Of a stretch of 64,000 nucleotides of DNA, positions 25,324 to 35,621 are shown piece after piece (within the stretch, counting starts at the first letter, position 1; each line of letters starts with the position of its first letter). Source of the stretch: an uncultured candidate division WWE3 bacterium (GTDB lineage Bacteria; Patescibacteriota; WWE3; UBA101185; UBA10185); NCBI GenBank assembly GCA_963765125.1, contig CAVXUZ010000005.1:263837-327836 (forward strand), in the 5' to 3' direction. The position numbers were made by a program, and so were the translations under genes. Under the pieces are notes generated by a model. It made no database searches. It was not told where the DNA came from and saw nothing but the letters and a program-made list of their open reading frames with translations.

Positions 25324-27816
25324 TCAGCATCTGCTATAGCCACACGAATAGCATTTTGCACAGCCTTCTTCTAAAACCAACGAGGCATTACCGCAGTCAG
25401 GACACATATCCGTGTGTGAAAAATAAGATACTTCATTCTTTTCCTCATGGACTACGTTTGCACCGTTTGATTTAACTGCGATTGAAAATTCTTCTGCAAG
25501 CTTCTTTGCGACGGCATCAGGTAGTGAACTTACTCTATTTTTACCAAATCCTACGGAAGTTGCACCGCCGATACCGATAAGTTGAACGATTATATCCTTG
25601 ACGGTATGGTTTCTATTTACTGACGATCTTAGCCACCCAGAAAGCATTCTACCTAGCGCTTCGGAAAGAGCTGCAACGTCTGAGCCTGCTTTACCAACGT
25701 TAATAAAAATTTCCAATGGATTACCAACATCGTCTTTATTTATTGTAATAAAGGCTTTTCCTTGAGGTGTTGCAACTCGATACGTTGTACCAGACAGTTT
25801 GTATCCGCGATCGCTTTCAGTTGACCCATTGCTTGTACCTTCAACGATTTGGACTTGAACGTCTTTTTGATCTTGTGTTTTGCTGTCTCTTGTTTCTTTT
25901 GTTTCAAGTACCACCTCTTGTCTGCTACCAGTTACGTATACTGTCAGACCCTTAACTTTGTGCTCCCATCCAAGCATATACACATCGGCGACATCTTTTT
26001 CTGTTGCAGTAGCGGGTAAGTTACAGGTTTTTGAAATTGAGTTATCAATAAATGCTTGTATCGCTGATTGCATTTTTATATGTTCAACGGCGGTAATGTC
26101 GGCAGAGACAACAAATACATCTCTTATAGATTTTGGAAGCTCCTCAATGTTTTGGCATGTGCCTGTTTCGATTATTTTATCGATTATTCGTTTTCTTATA
26201 TCACCAACAATACCTGCATTATCTAGAGCTTTCAAAAACGCTGGGCTTGTGTACGTTAGAGTTAAACCACCGTCATTACCAGCGGCTTGATAAACATTTC
26301 TATAGTAAGCCAATGCAAAAACAGGCTCGCACCCATAACCCTCGATACCGGCTACAGTCGAAATTGTTCCAGTTGGAGCGACTGTGGTTTGAGCTGCATT
26401 TCTAAGACCGTGATTTTTAATTCCAGAAACTACCAAATCCCAGTCTAATTCAGGCCTATCAAAATTGTGTGTATAGGCTTCAAATGGTTTAGGAGGTTCC
26501 CACACAAGGTTTTCTGGATCGTAAATACTACCTGTGATTTTTCTAAATGATCCACGTTCTTCAGCTAGTTTGATTGAGGTAAGCAAGCTGTGATAACGAA
26601 TAAACTCTGTTACCTGAGCTGCAAACTCTTGACCCTTTTTACTTCCGTATCTAATTCCCATTGTGTACATCAAATCAGCAAGACCCATAAAACCTAATCC
26701 AATTCTACGTGCATCCATCGCCGCCTCTCTTAATTGAGGTACAGCAGGTACATATTTGTTTGCTGTTACAACATTGTCTAAAAACCTTGTAGATAGCTCG
26801 ATTGTTTCCTGGAGCAGTTCCCAGTCAAGGTTACCATCAGCGTCACTGTGCTCTCCTAGATTTATTGAGCCTAAACAACAGTTCTCATAAGGGCCAAGCC
26901 ACTGCTCACCGCACGGGTTTGTTGCTTTTAGCTCGTAGAGGTGTGGTACTGGGTTATAACGATTTGCTTCGTCAACGAAAAGCACACCCGGTTCGCCGTT
27001 TTTATATGCATATTTTACTATCATATCGAATATTTCTCTGGCTCTTGGGCTTTCCACTGGCTCCTTTGTTCTCGGGTCAATGAGGTCGTAAGTAGTATCG
27101 TTCTTAACGGCTTCCATAAATTTGTCAGTAATCGCAACAGAGACATTAAAGTTTGATACCTTTCCTTCGTCAGATTTACATTTAATAAATTCACGTACAT
27201 CCGGATGGTCCACTTTTAATACTGCCATGTTTGCACCGCGTCTAACTCCACCCTGTGCAATCTCACCAAACGCTTTATCATATACTGACAAAAATCCTAC
27301 TGGTCCGGTTGCTCTTCCGTTGCTACTTGATACCAAGGCTCCGCACGATCGTAGATCTGAAAAAGAAAAACCATTACCACCCCCAACCTGCTGAATCAAA
27401 GCGGCATCTCTGAGAGTAGAAAATATACCGTCAGAGCGCTTACCCATATCGTCGGCAATAGGCAAAACAAAACAGGCGGCTAGTTGACCTAGTGGTGTAC
27501 CTGCTCCTGTAAATGTCGGTGAATTAGGAAAAAATCTTTTTGTAGAAAGTAAATTATAAAATTCGGTTTTTGTACGTTCTGAGTCTCTATAGGGCGCATC
27601 TGGTTCTGCCACAACATGCGCAACCCTTTCAAACATCTCCTCGGGTGTTTCCAATAATTCTCCGTCCTTATCTTTTCTGAGATACCTTTTTTCCAAAATA
27701 ACTCTTGAGTTATCGCTTAGGTCAAGCTTTGAGTTTTTGGAGCCCATATCACGAATTTTCTTACTTCGCACTCTAAGAGAAACATCAACGTTCTCATTGT
27801 CAGCTCTATCGGCCAT
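25324..27816 (-). CDS. nrdJ: class II (adenosylcobalamin-dependent) ribonucleotide reductase NrdJ with a C-terminal Zn-ribbon
   Basis: RNR barrel motifs ACFVLP and NPCGEQ. The C-terminus is CPDCG...CAKCYSCG. The ORF track starts at a TTG (27843); the first ATG is at 27816. Confidence 0.85.
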   Translation of the reverse strand: MADRADNENVDVSLRVRSKKIRDMGSKNSKLDLSDNSRVILEKRYLRKDKDGELLETPEEMFERVAHVVAEPDAPYRDSERTKTEFYNLLSTKRFFPNSPTFTGAGTPLGQLAACFVLPIADDMGKRSDGIFSTLRDAALIQQVGGGNGFSFSDLRSCGALVSSSNGRATGPVGFLSVYDKAFGEIAQGGVRRGANMAVLKVDHPDVREFIKCKSDEGKVSNFNVSVAITDKFMEAVKNDTTYDLIDPRTKEPVESPRAREIFDMIVKYAYKNGEPGVLFVDEANRYNPVPHLYELKATNPCGEQWLGPYENCCLGSINLGEHSDADGNLDWELLQETIELSTRFLDNVVTANKYVPAVPQLREAAMDARRIGLGFMGLADLMYTMGIRYGSKKGQEFAAQVTEFIRYHSLLTSIKLAEERGSFRKITGSIYDPENLVWEPPKPFEAYTHNFDRPELDWDLVVSGIKNHGLRNAAQTTVAPTGTISTVAGIEGYGCEPVFALAYYRNVYQAAGNDGGLTLTYTSPAFLKALDNAGIVGDIRKRIIDKIIETGTCQNIEELPKSIRDVFVVSADITAVEHIKMQSAIQAFIDNSISKTCNLPATATEKDVADVYMLGWEHKVKGLTVYVTGSRQEVVLETKETRDSKTQDQKDVQVQIVEGTSNGSTESDRGYKLSGTTYRVATPQGKAFITINKDDVGNPLEIFINVGKAGSDVAALSEALGRMLSGWLRSSVNRNHTVKDIIVQLIGIGGATSVGFGKNRVSSLPDAVAKKLAEEFSIAVKSNGANVVHEEKNEVSYFSHTDMCPDCGNASLVLEEGCAKCYSCGYSRC

Positions 27817-28072
27817 AATATATTCCAATGGCTTTTTGTTCAAAAACCTTACAACCTTGGCTAAATAAGGTTTCTACAACAAAAAAAACACATAAATTTT
27901 TTAACTAGAAAAATGCCTGGGCAGCGTACTTCTATAAGAACATATTTTTAAAAATAATACAATGAAATTTAGGTTAGAGTGTAATATTATGTATTTTTGC
28001 CACTACAACAACGTTATTAATAACAATAACGATTGCTATTAACCAATATTATACAAACTGCGTTAGTGTGAT

Positions 28073-29272
28073 TTATCTTCCTCTAAGAAAAGCTGGTATA
28101 TCGTACTTGCTGTCTGGGCCATCGTCGATGTTTGGAGTGCCCCAAGAATCGTTCTTTGGCTCCTCTTTATCGTTATCTTCTTCTTTGTCTAGGTCAACAA
28201 AGTCATCATCATCTTCGGCGAATGCTGGTTTTGTTGTGTCAACTCTTGCTGAAGGCATAACAAAAGAGTCTCTTCGATAAGCGTCATCTTTTGGATATCC
28301 GAGTTTTGTTCTAATGTCATCAGAGTCAAAACCTGTGGCGATAACTGTAATCTTTAATTGATCGGTCATTGACTCATCGATTGTCGTACCAAAGATTGTG
28401 TTTGCATCTGGGCTTGCGGCTTCAACAATAATCTTTGCGGCAATATCAACTTCTCTCATACTCAAGTCAGGTCCACCTGTTACATTGAATAAGATTCCGG
28501 TCGCGCCCTCGATTGAGATATCTAAGAGAGGCGAGGTAATAGCTGCTTTTGCTGCTAATGTTGCTCTTTCTTCACCTGTTCCAATACCTATTCCCATTAA
28601 AGCGGTCCCTGCGTTCTTCATAATAGTTTTAACATCGGCAAAATCGACGTTTATAAGTCCTGGCATGACGATTAGGTCAGAGATTCCTTGTACACCTTGG
28701 TTTAATACACTATCGCTAAGTTTAAACGCTTCAAGAACAGACATTTTTTCATCTGTAATTTCAAGCAGTCTTTGATTTGGTATGGTGATTAGCGCGTCTA
28801 CTTCTTTACTCAACTCTGCGATACCTTTTTCGGCGTTTTGCATTCGTTTGGCGCCTTCAAAAGCAAATGGTTTTGTAACAACGCCGATAGTCAATGCGCC
28901 TAATTCTCTCGCTAGTTTTGCAACAACTGGTGCTGCGCCTGTTCCCGTACCACCACCCATTCCTGCTGTAATGAAGACCATATCTGCACCTTCGAGGTTT
29001 GATTTTATTATGTCTAAATCCTCCTCAGCAGCTTTACGACCGACCTCAGGTTCAGCTCCAGCGCCTAAGCCACCGGTTAGTTTTTGTCCAATAGGGAGTT
29101 TTATATATGATTTGCTTATTGATAAATCTTGAGCGTCCGTGTTTACAGCAATAAATTCAACACCTTGTATCTGTTGTGACTCAATCATTGTGTTAATGAC
29201 GTTGCACCCGGCACCGCCAATTCCAACGACGCGAATTTTTGCAAATCTTTCAATTTCAGGCTTTATATGCAT
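28073..29272 (-). CDS. ftsZ: cell division GTPase FtsZ
   Basis: Tubulin signature [13 protein letters not shown] and the N-terminal [12 protein letters not shown]. Confidence 0.95.
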   Translation of the reverse strand: MHIKPEIERFAKIRVVGIGGAGCNVINTMIESQQIQGVEFIAVNTDAQDLSISKSYIKLPIGQKLTGGLGAGAEPEVGRKAAEEDLDIIKSNLEGADMVFITAGMGGGTGTGAAPVVAKLARELGALTIGVVTKPFAFEGAKRMQNAEKGIAELSKEVDALITIPNQRLLEITDEKMSVLEAFKLSDSVLNQGVQGISDLIVMPGLINVDFADVKTIMKNAGTALMGIGIGTGEERATLAAKAAITSPLLDISIEGATGILFNVTGGPDLSMREVDIAAKIIVEAASPDANTIFGTTIDESMTDQLKITVIATGFDSDDIRTKLGYPKDDAYRRDSFVMPSARVDTTKPAFAEDDDDFVDLDKEEDNDKEEPKNDSWGTPNIDDGPDSKYDIPAFLRGR

Positions 29273-29285
29273 TTCTTATTATATT

Positions 29286-30542
29286 TTAGGGCAGGAAGTT
29301 TTTTAACTTACTAAAGAATCCACCAAACTTACTTGATATATTACCTCGACTTCTGTCAAAAGACAATAAGGAACCTGTCCTATATAATTCTGCTCCATAC
29401 AGGACTGCTCCTACAGTTGCGGCTGACTGAGGACCTTGTATTTCATCAATAAGGCCGGTGACTCCGGTAGGTTTACCAACTCTCACAGGTGCTTTTAAGA
29501 TATTTTGTACAACCTTTTCTACACCCGCAGTCATTGCACCACCACCAGTTACTACAACACCCGCTGGTAGTTTTCCTTTGAGGTTTGCTTTAGTAATTTC
29601 TAAGGCTATAAGACTAAATATTTCTTCCATTCTTGAGTCAATAATTCTGTAAAGAACTTTTGCTGGAATTTTATCAACGTCAAGATTAAATTCTGAAACA
29701 TCAAAATCTTCTTCACGATTATCTGTTTTTGATTTTTGTTGTAATTGGTAATCGTTGCTTAGTTTAATTTTTATATTTTCCGCATCTTCCATTCTCACTC
29801 TCAAACCAAATGCTAAATCGTTTGTTATATATTTTGCGCCGATTGGTATTACAGAAGCATGAATAGGGCTGCCTTCTAAGTATGCGATTATTGAAGTGGT
29901 ACCGCCACCAATATCTACAAGAAGTGTACCGAGCTCTCTCTCAGTATCAGTGAGCACAGACTCTGCAGATGCTATTCCTGTGTAAATCATATCTTCCACA
30001 GTTACACCAACTTGTTCTATACACTTTTTAAGATTTATCATTGCGGTAGCTGAGCCATGAATAATGTTTGTTTCAACCTCAAGCCTGTTTCCTGTCATTC
30101 CTACTGGATCTTTAATACCGTCTTGTGAGTCAACAACGAAGTCTCTCGGTATAACGTGTATTATTTCTCTCGTTGAAGGTAAAGATATTGCCTGGGCTGC
30201 CTCTATAACGCGCGCAACGTCGTCGCCTGAAATTTCAGAACTAAGGTGCGGTGATACAGCAACAACTCCGTGTGAGTTTCTTGTCTCTATGTGTGTTCCG
30301 TTAATTGTTGCAAATGCTGAGGATACTGAAACGCCTGCCATTCTTTCAGCTCTTTCGAGACTTGACGAAATAGCTTCAACTGCTTCGTCTATTTTAACAA
30401 CATTACCCTTCTTTATCCCTTTAGACTCAACATTTCCAGATACTCCTATGACGGATACCTTTTTGTCGCTAACTACTGCTACTGTTGTTGATATTTTTGT
30501 TGAACCGACATCGATTCCTGTAATAATTCTATCTTTAGCCAT
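29286..30542 (-). CDS. ftsA: cell division protein FtsA (actin-like ATPase)
   Basis: The GIDVGSTKISTTVA phosphate-1 motif, actin fold length, and its position upstream of ftsZ. Confidence 0.9.
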   Translation of the reverse strand: MAKDRIITGIDVGSTKISTTVAVVSDKKVSVIGVSGNVESKGIKKGNVVKIDEAVEAISSSLERAERMAGVSVSSAFATINGTHIETRNSHGVVAVSPHLSSEISGDDVARVIEAAQAISLPSTREIIHVIPRDFVVDSQDGIKDPVGMTGNRLEVETNIIHGSATAMINLKKCIEQVGVTVEDMIYTGIASAESVLTDTERELGTLLVDIGGGTTSIIAYLEGSPIHASVIPIGAKYITNDLAFGLRVRMEDAENIKIKLSNDYQLQQKSKTDNREEDFDVSEFNLDVDKIPAKVLYRIIDSRMEEIFSLIALEITKANLKGKLPAGVVVTGGGAMTAGVEKVVQNILKAPVRVGKPTGVTGLIDEIQGPQSAATVGAVLYGAELYRTGSLLSFDRSRGNISSKFGGFFSKLKNFLP

Positions 30543-30546
30543 ATAA

Positions 30547-31335
30547 TCACTTAAATAATACTATTACTTTATCATATCTTAAATCTATTTTCTGTATGTC
30601 TTTGTTTTCAACCTTTGCCTGCTTCATCAAAGCAGAAAGCGCTTTAACAGCCTCTAATTTGTTTTTCATCAAGCCTATAAGAACATTTTCTCCCCTGTCT
30701 AGATAAAAACTTACGTAATCAGGCTGAAAACTTACACTACTTACTTTGATATCCTCCGCGCTAAGCAGTTCGGTTAATTCCTGATACACGGGTACAATAT
30801 TTTTGTCGATAAATAATCCAACCGATATCTCTTTTTGGTAGTTAATTCTTGGCAATTCGTTATTTTCAGCGGATACGTAACCTAATACATACCCCTCCTT
30901 ATCAACCAGAAATTGATTTTCTTCATTTTTATAAACTATCGCAATCGGAACTCTCTCTTTTACAATGACTTTTATCGTTCGTGGAATCTTTTTTTCTAGC
31001 TCAATCGCATCTGCGCCTAAAAAATTGTCCTTTAATTTTTTCTCTAGTTCAAATTTTTTTAGAGTAAATATGTTTTTATCCATAATATTTGCTGACGCAA
31101 CTTCTCTAAGGTCAAGTGAACTTACAAATTTATCTGCACCGACTATATTAATATTTTTTACATTAAAAAATCCTGAATAGATAAATAGGTATGCTAGTCC
31201 AACTAATATAGCGAGCGCTGCAGTTATTTTTACAACCTTTAAAAAGTACTTTATGAATTTTCTTAAGAACACCTTTAGGTTAAAAGGTTCTTTTCTTCTA
31301 GTGACTTTTTGCCCTATAGGTTTTTTCGATTTCAT
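30547..31335 (-). CDS. ftsQ: FtsQ/DivIB-like cell division protein (bitopic, POTRA-type)
   Basis: Single N-terminal TM, about 260 aa, and synteny between murG and ftsA. Confidence 0.55.
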   Translation of the reverse strand: MKSKKPIGQKVTRRKEPFNLKVFLRKFIKYFLKVVKITAALAILVGLAYLFIYSGFFNVKNINIVGADKFVSSLDLREVASANIMDKNIFTLKKFELEKKLKDNFLGADAIELEKKIPRTIKVIVKERVPIAIVYKNEENQFLVDKEGYVLGYVSAENNELPRINYQKEISVGLFIDKNIVPVYQELTELLSAEDIKVSSVSFQPDYVSFYLDRGENVLIGLMKNKLEAVKALSALMKQAKVENKDIQKIDLRYDKVIVLFK

Positions 31336-32404
31336 CCACGATAATCTTTTTAGAATTTAATAGTTGTCTCTCTGTATTTTTTTGATATTTGGTTATGTTT
31401 AGAAGCATATTTTTAATCTCGGAGACTAAACGCGCAGAATTAAGTTCTGCCTCGTTTATAATGACTGCAAGACCTTCTTTAACCAACATTTCAGCATTTT
31501 TCTGCTGCTCTTTATGTGACACCCATGGAATTGGAATTAATACTGACGGTTTATTTAAATATAATAATTCTCCGCAAGTGTGTGCTCCAGCTCGTGCTAC
31601 TACTATTGAGGCTTTTGCATAAACCTCTCCTATTTCATCAGAATATATAAATTTTTTTGGAAAATATTTTCCATACGAGGAATCTTTAATCTTTAAATAT
31701 CTTTCTTCTAGTTTTTGGATATCGTTATAGATTGAATGGTCTCCGGTTTGGTGAATAGCATTACATATTTTTAATAATTCATCTAAACCATTAACAATTA
31801 CTTCGTTTATTATGTGAGAACCGGTTTTACCTGCAGTAATGTAAATGGTTGGAAGTGTCTCGTTAACAACAAAATTATTTGTTTTTTGTAATGAAATTTC
31901 CTCTCTCAACGGCAAACCCGAAAATACTACATTTTTATTTTTTAAAAACTCTCTCGATGACTCCCATGAAATTAAAACCTTATCTGCAACTTGCGCAATT
32001 AATTTGTTTGCATAACCCAAGACGGCTGTCTGCTCGTGCGTGATTGAAGGAATGCCTAATACTTTTGCAGCTAATACAGTAGGCACAGCTAGGTACCCTC
32101 CAAAAGACAGTACTATTTCTGGCTTTAACTTTATTAATAGGGCTAAAGCTTGAAAATATCCGTATGGGATTTTTAGCAATCTTATCGGATCGTAGGTTTT
32201 ATAGAATTTCCCAGCTTTTAAATCAAAGAATGGAATATTTAAATCTGTAATCTCCTTATACTCTAAAGTGTCATTCTTATCGCCCTTAACGCTGTGTTTA
32301 TGACCAAACCAATACAACTCAATTTCAGGGTAACGACTTTTTAACTCGTTTATTACTGGAAGTGCTGAGCTATGGTGACCACCTGTTATTACAACTTTTT
32401 TCAT
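31298..32404 (-). CDS. murG: undecaprenyldiphospho-muramoylpentapeptide beta-N-acetylglucosaminyltransferase MurG
   Basis: N-terminal ITGGHHSSALPV (GT28 G-loop), length and synteny. Confidence 0.85.
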   Translation of the reverse strand: MKKVVITGGHHSSALPVINELKSRYPEIELYWFGHKHSVKGDKNDTLEYKEITDLNIPFFDLKAGKFYKTYDPIRLLKIPYGYFQALALLIKLKPEIVLSFGGYLAVPTVLAAKVLGIPSITHEQTAVLGYANKLIAQVADKVLISWESSREFLKNKNVVFSGLPLREEISLQKTNNFVVNETLPTIYITAGKTGSHIINEVIVNGLDELLKICNAIHQTGDHSIYNDIQKLEERYLKIKDSSYGKYFPKKFIYSDEIGEVYAKASIVVARAGAHTCGELLYLNKPSVLIPIPWVSHKEQQKNAEMLVKEGLAVIINEAELNSARLVSEIKNMLLNITKYQKNTERQLLNSKKIIVDEIEKTYRAKSH

Positions 32405-32431
32405 GTACTTAGATTTTAGCAGAATTTAGTT

Positions 32432-33604
32432 TTAGCTTTGCCTTTTAATGTTATTAAGAATACCTAACGAGATTAGTGTAAAAACAATACTTGAGCCACC
32501 GTAGGAAATGAGAGGTATGGGCACCCCTGTAAGCGGTATGATTCTCGTCATTGCAGATACGTTGATAAAAAACTGAATGGCTATCCACGACGTAATACCA
32601 GTTGCAAGCATTCTCCCAAGTAAATCTGGTGCACCTCTAGCTATTTTAAACCCAAGATAGATTAGATAACCAAAAGCTAATATAACAACAGTAGTTCCAA
32701 CAAATCCAAATTCTTCGCCAATTATTGCAAATATGGAATCAGATGAAACTTCTGGCAAATATTGATATTTTTGTCGAGACTGTCCAAATCCAACACCAAA
32801 TAAACCACCTGATCCTAACGCAATCATTATTTGCCTAATGTGATAACCAGCTTCTTGTGCGGCGTTTGATTCAAAACCCAAAAGAGTTAATAATCTGGCG
32901 CGTCTATAGACAGAGCTTAAAATTATTCCAAGACTGAGTAGCCCCATCACCGGTGCTGATAGGTAGAGCGGTAGAAGCGTGAATCCTGACACAAAGTAAA
33001 CAACCGTGGCAATCGTTAAAACTAGAATAGCCGTTGACATATTTGGTTGTAATATCAACAAAATAACCATTAGTATCGATGTAACAATGTATACAAAGAA
33101 AGGGTCATTTTTGGACTTTAACCCCTTTTCAAACTTTGATAGCTGTGTGGCAAGATATATGATAATCGCTAACTTAGCTAACTCTGCGGGCTGAAATCCA
33201 ACTACACCAATTAACGGAAGGGGTGGCAACGGAGCTGGATTTAAATAAAGCCATCGGCTTGCTCCGTTAATACAGGGTGCAAAAATAATACCTACATCCT
33301 GAGTGTTTCTGCATAAAAATACACCTACGAATGCGAGTAAGAATAAAAATACAATGCTTGTCACGTATAATAAAAAACCAACATGTTTAAGTTTCTGATA
33401 AGGTAGTTTCGAAAAAACACTGAAAGCAAAAAGTCCAATTACTATCCAAAGAACTTGCAAAACAACAAATCTAAAAGGATTACCAAATGTAAATTGTGAG
33501 TAGTACGCAGTCGCATTATAAATTATTAACAACCCAATGGTTATTAGGGCTAAAATAACAATGATTAATGATTTGTCACCAATTTTATTTGTATTGTTAG
33601 ACAT
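32432..33604 (-). CDS. ftsW: SEDS family protein FtsW
   Basis: Polytopic; conserved PLISYGGSS; located in the dcw block upstream of murG. Confidence 0.85.
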   Translation of the reverse strand: MSNNTNKIGDKSLIIVILALITIGLLIIYNATAYYSQFTFGNPFRFVVLQVLWIVIGLFAFSVFSKLPYQKLKHVGFLLYVTSIVFLFLLAFVGVFLCRNTQDVGIIFAPCINGASRWLYLNPAPLPPLPLIGVVGFQPAELAKLAIIIYLATQLSKFEKGLKSKNDPFFVYIVTSILMVILLILQPNMSTAILVLTIATVVYFVSGFTLLPLYLSAPVMGLLSLGIILSSVYRRARLLTLLGFESNAAQEAGYHIRQIMIALGSGGLFGVGFGQSRQKYQYLPEVSSDSIFAIIGEEFGFVGTTVVILAFGYLIYLGFKIARGAPDLLGRMLATGITSWIAIQFFINVSAMTRIIPLTGVPIPLISYGGSSIVFTLISLGILNNIKRQS

Positions 33605-33615
33605 AATTATTTATT

Positions 33616-34944
33616 TTACGAAGGGTTAATTATTCTTGCACCAAGTTTGCTTAGTTTTTCAAAAAACCTTTCGTGTGTAACAATCATGTTGTCTACTCCA
33701 ATCAATTCACTTTTTCCGTCTGCGCTCAGCGCGGCGATCACCAAAGTTGAATCAAATCTGCAGTCATCCATATTTAACCTTGCGCCTTTAAGCTTTGAAG
33801 GACCTTTTACTACAGCCAGCGTTTTAGGTTCACCTAGGTTAGCGTAATCATACGTTTCGTCACTTATTGCACACTGAATTCCTTCTTCTGACGGTCTAAC
33901 TAGCTCTATGTCGGCGCCCATTCTGTTGAAGTCTTGTATATATCCGAAGCGGTCAACATAGACTGTATTGTGAACTTTACTTCTACCGTTTGTGTAAACT
34001 AACAGTAAAGTTGCATACGGTAGCCAATCGGCTAAAAATCCTGGGGCAGGCGAACTCTCGATTATTGCTGGGCTAAATTCTTCGCCTCCATACCACACAT
34101 TGAGAGAGTCTCTATTGTATTCGTATCTCGCACCAATCTTGGTCAGAAAATTAACGTATGAGGTAAGTTGCAATTTTTTTATGCCATTAATTGTTACATT
34201 ACCCTTTGTAATTAACGCCCCCGTTACAAAAGCAATTGCCTCAATATTGTCAGGCTGAACTTCAAAATAACATCCCTTAAAAATGTTTTTACCAACAATT
34301 CTTATTCTCCTCGGCTCAACCCTCTCAGCCTCACCACCAATTAAATTTATAAAATCTAATAAATCATCGACCTCTGTCTCCTCGGCAGCGTTATTTATAA
34401 AAGTCTCTTCTGGTATTATCGTCGCGGTTAAAATCGCGTTTGCTGTTCCTGTATGTGTACTGATTTTAAAATTTATGTTTGCACCCTTGAAATTCTCCGC
34501 TTCTAAAATAATTTTTGTCTTTTCATTAACTACTTTTATTCCCATTGCTTCCCAGCTATCAACCCATCTATTTACAGGCTGTACTGGAACATCTTTAACA
34601 ATTTTTTTTGGTAGCTCAGCTTTTCTAAAACGAAACAACAGCGGTCCAGCAAGCAATAACGTAAATCTAGATTTTCCACCAATTTCATCAGGAACAATGT
34701 GTGTATTTATTCCCTGACCGTTTATTAACAATTTGTTATCAGCGATCCATTTTATTGAACCACCAATAGACGTCACAATATCAATCATTGTTTCTATATC
34801 ATTAGTTTTTGGAATATTTTCTAATACGACGTCTTCGTTTGAAAACAAAGATGCGATTATTACTTTTATAGCGGAGTCTTTGCTCCCTGAAGGTTTAACA
34901 ACCCCCTCTAAGGGATGCCCACCCTCAATATACATAACTGACAT
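33616..34944 (-). CDS. murA: MurA-like enolpyruvyl transferase (UDP-GlcNAc 1-carboxyvinyltransferase family), divergent catalytic loop
   Basis: EPSP-synthase-fold length. The N-terminus SGSKDSAIKVIIASL resembles the MurA SGAKNAALPILFAAL better than the AroA equivalent. No Cys is seen in the expected active-site loop. Confidence 0.55.
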   Translation of the reverse strand: MSVMYIEGGHPLEGVVKPSGSKDSAIKVIIASLFSNEDVVLENIPKTNDIETMIDIVTSIGGSIKWIADNKLLINGQGINTHIVPDEIGGKSRFTLLLAGPLLFRFRKAELPKKIVKDVPVQPVNRWVDSWEAMGIKVVNEKTKIILEAENFKGANINFKISTHTGTANAILTATIIPEETFINNAAEETEVDDLLDFINLIGGEAERVEPRRIRIVGKNIFKGCYFEVQPDNIEAIAFVTGALITKGNVTINGIKKLQLTSYVNFLTKIGARYEYNRDSLNVWYGGEEFSPAIIESSPAPGFLADWLPYATLLLVYTNGRSKVHNTVYVDRFGYIQDFNRMGADIELVRPSEEGIQCAISDETYDYANLGEPKTLAVVKGPSKLKGARLNMDDCRFDSTLVIAALSADGKSELIGVDNMIVTHERFFEKLSKLGARIINPS

Positions 34945-34945
34945 A

Positions 34946-35164
34946 CTATCCTAAAAAGACAAGAACTAGTGAATTTACTACTAGTACGACTGAAAGGATT
35001 ATTGTAATTATAAATATTATTTTTTCTAAACCACGTCTTGAACGGTAAAAGCTAATTGAACTACCAATTCCAGATGCGAGTCCGCCACCCTTTGACTGTA
35101 TAAGTACAAGAATAACAAGCAGAATTGAGACGATTATTTGTAATGACTGTAATAGTACTTTCAT
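34946..35164 (-). CDS. secG: preprotein translocase subunit SecG
   Basis: 72-aa two-TM protein with a central GGG-rich loop (QSKGGGLASGIGSS) typical of SecG. Confidence 0.6.
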   Translation of the reverse strand: MKVLLQSLQIIVSILLVILVLIQSKGGGLASGIGSSISFYRSRRGLEKIIFIITIILSVVLVVNSLVLVFLG

Positions 35165-35165
35165 A

Positions 35166-35579
35166 TTATTTCTTCTTTATTTCACAAAGCCAATTGAAAA
35201 ACATCATTAAAACCGAAATTAGTAACGCCGAAAATGTAGCCGACCAAATGACGTTTAAATGTTTTGATGGTAGCACAAACCCGAAAATTATCAACTCTGA
35301 TATCGTTGTAGCTCTAAGTGAAAACAAAGGAATAAAGAGCGTAAGTACATAGGTTAACACACCGGTAACGACAAAGCTCATAAATAGGTATCCAACTCCA
35401 TGATCAGGCATTCCCACAAGAGCCAGCAAAGGACGCATAAAAAAATACAAAATAGTCATGGCCACAAGAAAAAGCGTCATTGATGAAATATGTCCAAAAA
35501 AGTAACTGCCAATTACGTACTGTGCTAAGTTGAGTGAAATCGCACTAAATATTGCGAGTCGAATTAAAGTTTTGAACAC
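35166..35579 (-). CDS. hypothetical membrane protein (137 aa, 4 TM)
   Basis: ORF adjacent to and co-directional with secG. Confidence 0.4.
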   Translation of the reverse strand: MFKTLIRLAIFSAISLNLAQYVIGSYFFGHISSMTLFLVAMTILYFFMRPLLALVGMPDHGVGYLFMSFVVTGVLTYVLTLFIPLFSLRATTISELIIFGFVLPSKHLNVIWSATFSALLISVLMMFFNWLCEIKKK

Positions 35580-35621
35580 ACTATTATTATATAGTAACCA
35601 AGTGATAATTTTCCAAGCAAT

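Noticed and set aside
27844-28072. NrdR box or cobalamin riboswitch upstream of nrdJ
   Set aside because: No ACACwAtATaTwGTGT-like palindrome is present. The B12-box consensus and the paired elements of a cobalamin riboswitch are not recognisable. Only the short AACCTT/AAGGTT repeats are present.
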